A DNA stretch of 64,000 nt, taken from NCBI GenBank assembly GCA_963664115.2, contig CAXWPJ010000009.1, positions 1 to 64,000 on the forward strand, in the 5' to 3' direction. The stretch comes from Terriglobia bacterium. Lineage in GTDB: Bacteria; Acidobacteriota; Terriglobia; 20CM-2-55-15. Shown here in pieces: positions 59,343-64,000 of this stretch. The notes beneath the pieces are model-generated. The model ran no database searches and was not told the origin of the DNA. It saw nothing but the letters and a program-made list of their open reading frames with translations. The position numbers and the translations under genes are program-made. Each line of letters starts with the position of its first letter. Within the stretch, counting starts at the first letter, position 1.

Positions 59343-60683
59343 CTAGGCCCCCAGCGCTGCAAGTTGGACCAGTTGCTCCCGGGTCGCATTCATTTCGGAG
59401 TGTTCTTCCGAGCCTTGTCGCAGGAACGTGTTGATCGAATCGATACGGCCTACGGCCGTATCGATTCGTGCGTTGGAGCCCTTCTTATACGCACCAATCT
59501 GTATCAGATCTTCCGCCTTCTTATAGGTTCCCATCAGATCTCGAATTTCGTTCGCCGATTTCTGGTGGTCGGCGTCGATCATTTGCGTCATCAGTCGACT
59601 GTTACTGGACAGGACATCGATCGACGGAAAGTGTCCTTGCGTACTGAGATCCCGATCCAGGACAATGGGGCCGTCCAGGATGGATCGGACCGAATCCGCG
59701 ATCGGATCGTTCATGTCGTCGGCTTCGACCAGCACCGTGTAGAAAGCAGTGATGCTCCCAATATTAAACTTGCCGGCACGTTCCAGCAGTCTAGGGAGAA
59801 GCGAAAACACCGATGGCGTATAGCCCTTCGTTGTCGGGGGTTCTCCGGCCGCCAGGCCAACTTCACGTTGCGCCATGGCGAACCGCGTCACCGAGTCCAT
59901 CATCAGGAGCACGTTCTTACCGCGCTTCTGGAAATACTCGGCGGCTGCCGTGGCTGCAAAGGCCGCGCGAATGCGGACCAGCGCCGGCTGATCAGAGGTG
60001 GCTACGAATACGACCGAACGTTTCAAACCGTCGTCACCGAGGTCGTTCTCGAGGAACTCGCGCACTTCACGGCCGCGCTCCCCGACCATCGCTATGACGT
60101 TCAAGTCAGCGCTCGTGTATCGTGCAATCATGCCGAGAAGTGTGCTCTTGCCAACCCCGCTTCCTCCAAAGATCCCCACCCTCTGCCCAAGCCCGCAGGT
60201 CAGAAGACCGTCGATCGATCGGACGCCGGTTTGGATCGGGTCCCGAATTGGATCGCGAGTCAGCGGGTTGGAAGGTTCCGCATAGAGACTCTGGTACTCC
60301 AGAGTATCGGACACGGGACGACCGTCGATCGGACGGCCCAGACCATCCAGAACGCGGCCCATCAACTGCTCGCCGACACCGATCGTCGCCACCTGACCGG
60401 AAGCATAAACCGAATCGCCCTGTTTGATGCCTTCGGGCTTGCCCAGGGGCATCGTGATAACCCGGCCTTCGTTAAATCCGATGACTTCAAGTGGTATTCT
60501 GCGGTCTCCAATTTCGGTCCAGCATACCGATCCCGTCGTTACGTTCGGCCCATGGGATTCGATCGAGTTGCCGACAACCTTCTCGATCACTCCGAACTCG
60601 ATCAGAGAATCCGCACGCCCGAGCCGATCATGAGAGAACTTCAGATTCAATTCGGCAGGAAATCGTGTGGAGGTCGGACTCAT
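59343..60683 (-). CDS. fliI: Flagellar export ATPase FliI
   Basis: GGSGVGKS, GERGREVREF, DSVTRFA, GEPPTTKGY. Confidence 0.96.
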   Translation of the reverse strand: MSPTSTRFPAELNLKFSHDRLGRADSLIEFGVIEKVVGNSIESHGPNVTTGSVCWTEIGDRRIPLEVIGFNEGRVITMPLGKPEGIKQGDSVYASGQVATIGVGEQLMGRVLDGLGRPIDGRPVSDTLEYQSLYAEPSNPLTRDPIRDPIQTGVRSIDGLLTCGLGQRVGIFGGSGVGKSTLLGMIARYTSADLNVIAMVGERGREVREFLENDLGDDGLKRSVVFVATSDQPALVRIRAAFAATAAAEYFQKRGKNVLLMMDSVTRFAMAQREVGLAAGEPPTTKGYTPSVFSLLPRLLERAGKFNIGSITAFYTVLVEADDMNDPIADSVRSILDGPIVLDRDLSTQGHFPSIDVLSSNSRLMTQMIDADHQKSANEIRDLMGTYKKAEDLIQIGAYKKGSNARIDTAVGRIDSINTFLRQGSEEHSEMNATREQLVQLAALGA

Positions 60684-61270
60684 TATTCCTGTTCTTCGTC
60701 CAACAGCTCTCGGCCAATGTGGTTCAGCCGGGTCAACATCCGCCCATCGAAATGGGTCTTGCTGGTATCCAGAACGAAGTCGCCCCGCTCGAGGGAGGCG
60801 ACCTGTTCGACACTGACAGCAGAATCGATGTGTTCGATTCCGTTCCGGACTCTCTCAAAATCATCGGGGCTGACCTTGACAACAATTTCGTGATGCCCCT
60901 GAAGCCGCTTCAGAGCCAGCGTCACCAATGCGGTGACGACGTCGGGGTCAGTGGAAACTTCCCGTCCCAGGATGCTTTTGGCGATCTCCAGTGAGAGCCT
61001 AACGGTTTCTCTTTCCATCGATTCGACGAGCTTTTTGTGAGAAATCGCCATACCTGCGATGCTTTGGTCGTACTTCTTGACGGCCGTCTCCATCATCTGC
61101 TCGCCCATCTGTTTTCCGATTTGGTTACCTTCCTGATAACCCTTCTCGAAAGCTTCCTTCTCCACCTCCATGACGCGACGTTGGGACACACTCTTCAAAG
61201 CATCACCAAAAGGCGAGCTGACACGGGATTTCTTAACCCGCTCAACGCCGCGAATGATTCTAGACGACAT
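60683..61270 (-). CDS. fliH: FliH
   Basis: GxxxG repeats AFEKGYQEG..G..G; LERGD..DG. Confidence 0.88.
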   Translation of the reverse strand: MSSRIIRGVERVKKSRVSSPFGDALKSVSQRRVMEVEKEAFEKGYQEGNQIGKQMGEQMMETAVKKYDQSIAGMAISHKKLVESMERETVRLSLEIAKSILGREVSTDPDVVTALVTLALKRLQGHHEIVVKVSPDDFERVRNGIEHIDSAVSVEQVASLERGDFVLDTSKTHFDGRMLTRLNHIGRELLDEEQE

Positions 61271-62255
61271 ATTCCTCTTCGCCTCCGCTGATACCAATTA
61301 CTCCTTCTTCTTCGAGCTGACGGACAACGTCGACTATCTTCTGCTGCGCCGAGTGCACGTCCCGGGTTTTTAGCGGACCCATAATCTCCATCTCTTCCTT
61401 CAACATATCGACGGCACGTTGGGACATGTTCCCGAAGAACTGCTGTTGCAGATCCATCTCGGTTCCCTTCAGAGCTTGCGAAATCGTTTTCTTGTCGATG
61501 CGCTGGAGGATCTCGCGCATCGCAGCGGCGTCGAGACTGGTGAGGTCTTCGAAAATGAACATGAGTTGGCGAATTGAGTTCGCAATGTCAGGCTTGTCGG
61601 CATCGATATTTTCCAGGACCGTCCGGCTCATCCGCCGATCCAGGCGGTTGAACATCTCGGCGACAGCACGGACGCCTCCCAAACCCTCTCCCGCACCGAA
61701 ATTGCCAACCGGTTTGAGCTTTTCTTCGAGAACCGTCGCGATAGAACTAATGATATCGGGAGAAATCTCCTCGATATTGGCCATACGCACTGCGGCCTCA
61801 CATTGAATTTCGTCTGGAAGCGACGCAAGCAGTTCAGCACCCCTGCGGGGTGTAAGATGCGCCAGTATCAGTGCGATCGTCTGTGGGTGTTCATGCTGAA
61901 TGAACTGAGACAGCTGTAAGGGATTAATCTTATCGATGGCCTGGAACGCGTTTTGGCTGGCATAACCGGATGAAAGCCGGTCGATGATGCGCTTCGCCGA
62001 ACCCGCTCCCAGAGCCTTGGAGATGACCTTCCGTGCATAGTCGACTCCGCCCTCCGATACGAAGCGGTTGGCCACTAGCAATTGGTAGAATTCTTCCGCG
62101 TATTGCTCGGCTTTCTCCGCCCCAATGGGGCCAATTTTAGATATTTCCTGGGACAGTTGTTCTATTTCGCCCTCGTCAAGGAACTTCATGATGCCGGACG
62201 CCACCTCTTCGCCTAACAGAACGAACATTGCTGCAGCTTTTGATGCGTCGCTCAT
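61260..62255 (-). CDS. fliG: Motor switch protein FliG
   Basis: KAA..LGEE, GGVDYA, EHPQTIALIL, MFIFED, NMSQRA. Confidence 0.96.
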   Translation of the reverse strand: MSDASKAAAMFVLLGEEVASGIMKFLDEGEIEQLSQEISKIGPIGAEKAEQYAEEFYQLLVANRFVSEGGVDYARKVISKALGAGSAKRIIDRLSSGYASQNAFQAIDKINPLQLSQFIQHEHPQTIALILAHLTPRRGAELLASLPDEIQCEAAVRMANIEEISPDIISSIATVLEEKLKPVGNFGAGEGLGGVRAVAEMFNRLDRRMSRTVLENIDADKPDIANSIRQLMFIFEDLTSLDAAAMREILQRIDKKTISQALKGTEMDLQQQFFGNMSQRAVDMLKEEMEIMGPLKTRDVHSAQQKIVDVVRQLEEEGVIGISGGEEEYVV

Positions 62256-64000
62256 CGATTTTCTTCGTTAAGCCACATACGCACTAGGCGGGCGATGGTT
62301 TCAGGTTCGCGCTTCGCGTGCTCGACGATACGAGATCGAATCATGTCCACTTTTTTGGACGACGGTAGCGGCAGTAATTGGGGATCGTCAGCCTCATCGG
62401 CCTCTACGGGCTTGGCTGCAGAAACCGTGCCGGACTGCTGTCCTGGCAAGGCCGGCAGTGGTTGAGCCGTCAGCTGCTGTTCGAGTTGACCGACCGAAAC
62501 CGGGGCCTGGATTCCGTCCATCGTCACGGGCGACGCCCCAATCTGGCCGGGCGCCGCAAATTCTCCCGCAGTCAGCTGCGGTCGGAATTGCGGTTGCCAT
62601 TTCGCGAATATCGTCTTTTGCAAGGGTCTGAGGAAAAGCAGGTACGCGAACAAAAACACGATCGAAATGATCAGATAGCGCAATCCCATCAGAATCGCTG
62701 GCGCTCCCCTCTCAAGCAATGTTGGTAGTTCCAGCAGGGGGAGCAACTCCTTACCGAAAGAGACGTTCTCTACGATCAGGGTGTCACCTCGTTCAGGAGT
62801 GAAACCGACAGTGGCCGCAACCAGATCTGTGTATTTGGTCATGTCCTGGGGAGTCCATGAAACCAATACGGAAGTGGCCACACCCTCTTCGTCCACGGTG
62901 GTCTCGACCCTGTCGTCGATGATGACGGCAACAGACATCCGCTCGATCTCTCCGGTGGGATTGACGACGTGCCGCACCGTTTTCGAGACCTCGAAGTTGA
63001 CAACCTCATCTTCAGTAAGGAAACCTCCGGATTCCTGAGCCGGAAGTAATTCAACAAGAGGATCCAGAGCTTCACCCTGCGGTCCCGGAATGCCAATCGC
63101 CCGATCTTGATTGCCCGGCCCGCGCTCAGTCCGCCGCTGCTGCGAGCGAATGACCGATGCAGTTGGATCGTATTGTTCGATGGTCTCCTCGACCTCTTGC
63201 CAGTCCATCACGAGGGAAACCTGTGGGCGTACTTTCCCGACACCAACGACGGGTTCAAGAATCTGCGTAATCTTGTTGGCCAGATCCATCTCCGCACCGG
63301 CCCGCGTATCCAGTTGGCGTCCGGAGGCGGGCCCACCCTCGTCATTCCGCGACAACATTCGACCGGAATAGTCGATGACCGTAATGTTGGAAGCCTCAAG
63401 CCCCTTAACTGAACTTGCGACCAGGTGCACAATGCCTTCGACGGCCGCTTCGCCCAGGGAATTCCCTCGACTCAAACGAAGGATGATCGACGCCTTGGTC
63501 TGGTCCTCGGCCGACTGAAACAGCGACTTTGAGGGCAGGACCAGATGGACTCGGGCGACATCCACTTCCGTAAGCGTGGCAATGCTGCGAGCAAGTTCTC
63601 CTTCCAGCGCCCGCTGGTAGTTGACCTGTTCCTGAAAATTCGTCAGACCGAAGCTGGTACGGTCGAATATCTCGAATCCGATGCGTCCCGAAGAGGGAAG
63701 GCCCTCGCCCGCCAGTTGTATCCGGGCCGCAGAAATTTGGGATCCCGAGACCCGAACGGTTGTGCCGTCATCGGACACCTGATAATCGATCGACATCCCC
63801 TGCAGACGTTCGACAACGCCCTGGGTGTCGGCAGGATCCAAGCCCGAATAAAGCACCTGGTAATCTACCTGGTTGACGAAAAACACGAGGGCCCACAACA
63901 AGACAACAGACAGTGCCCCAGATCCGACAATTGCCATCTTTTGAGACAAGGAATAGGAGGCAAACCACTCTTTCAGTTGATCGATATTTGACGGTACAGC
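62252..64000 (-). CDS. fliF: MS-ring protein FliF (frame open to the window edge)
   Basis: GFEIFD..FGLT.F, YQRALEGELARSI, ARVHLVLP, RMSVAV. Confidence 0.95.
   Translation of the reverse strand, partial: AVPSNIDQLKEWFASYSLSQKMAIVGSGALSVVLLWALVFFVNQVDYQVLYSGLDPADTQGVVERLQGMSIDYQVSDDGTTVRVSGSQISAARIQLAGEGLPSSGRIGFEIFDRTSFGLTNFQEQVNYQRALEGELARSIATLTEVDVARVHLVLPSKSLFQSAEDQTKASIILRLSRGNSLGEAAVEGIVHLVASSVKGLEASNITVIDYSGRMLSRNDEGGPASGRQLDTRAGAEMDLANKITQILEPVVGVGKVRPQVSLVMDWQEVEETIEQYDPTASVIRSQQRRTERGPGNQDRAIGIPGPQGEALDPLVELLPAQESGGFLTEDEVVNFEVSKTVRHVVNPTGEIERMSVAVIIDDRVETTVDEEGVATSVLVSWTPQDMTKYTDLVAATVGFTPERGDTLIVENVSFGKELLPLLELPTLLERGAPAILMGLRYLIISIVFLFAYLLFLRPLQKTIFAKWQPQFRPQLTAGEFAAPGQIGASPVTMDGIQAPVSVGQLEQQLTAQPLPALPGQQSGTVSAAKPVEADEADDPQLLPLPSSKKVDMIRSRIVEHAKREPETIARLVRMWLNEENR

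Noticed and set aside
4887-60893. Long antisense ORFs (e.g. 4887-5948, 12988-14418, 14528-15757, 59319-60893)
   Set aside because: Shadows of well-supported genes on the opposite strand in GC-rich DNA.

Overview
Bacterial, GC-rich window; the gene content suggests Acidobacteriota (inference). Left to right: (1) 1-4.8 kb housekeeping and envelope genes plus a Uma2 nuclease gene bracketed by two ~250-bp repeats. (2) 5-12.3 kb unmodified double-glycine-leader peptide (bacteriocin-like) cluster: sigma54 activator, ECF sigma, two precursors, ABC-2 transporter, C39 peptidase exporter and HlyD. A GxxExxY nuclease cassette bounded by inverted repeats is fused in frame to the permease, and the same repeat family recurs as gene-less copies elsewhere in the window. 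(3) IS1380, a PilX-like gene and a metabolic block (MBL hydrolase, two MetE-II-like enzymes, pirin, WrbA-like). (4) Orphan flagellin with a sigma28 promoter. (5) 26.8-34.4 kb island remnant starting at a tRNA-Leu 3' fragment, carrying DUF5131/TcmP plus dual-OB/DUF488/DUF488 genes and IS256/IS3 debris. (6) 34.5-64 kb minus-strand flagellar cluster (fliF to csrA) with a FliM lacking the CheY-binding N-terminus, FlhF without adjacent FlhG, an FlgJ-M23 fusion, a stand-alone HisKA protein and a VNTR in FliK. About ten single-indel frameshifts and two ~260-bp-offset duplications suggest an imperfect assembly. All family assignments are from motif recognition by eye, not database searches.
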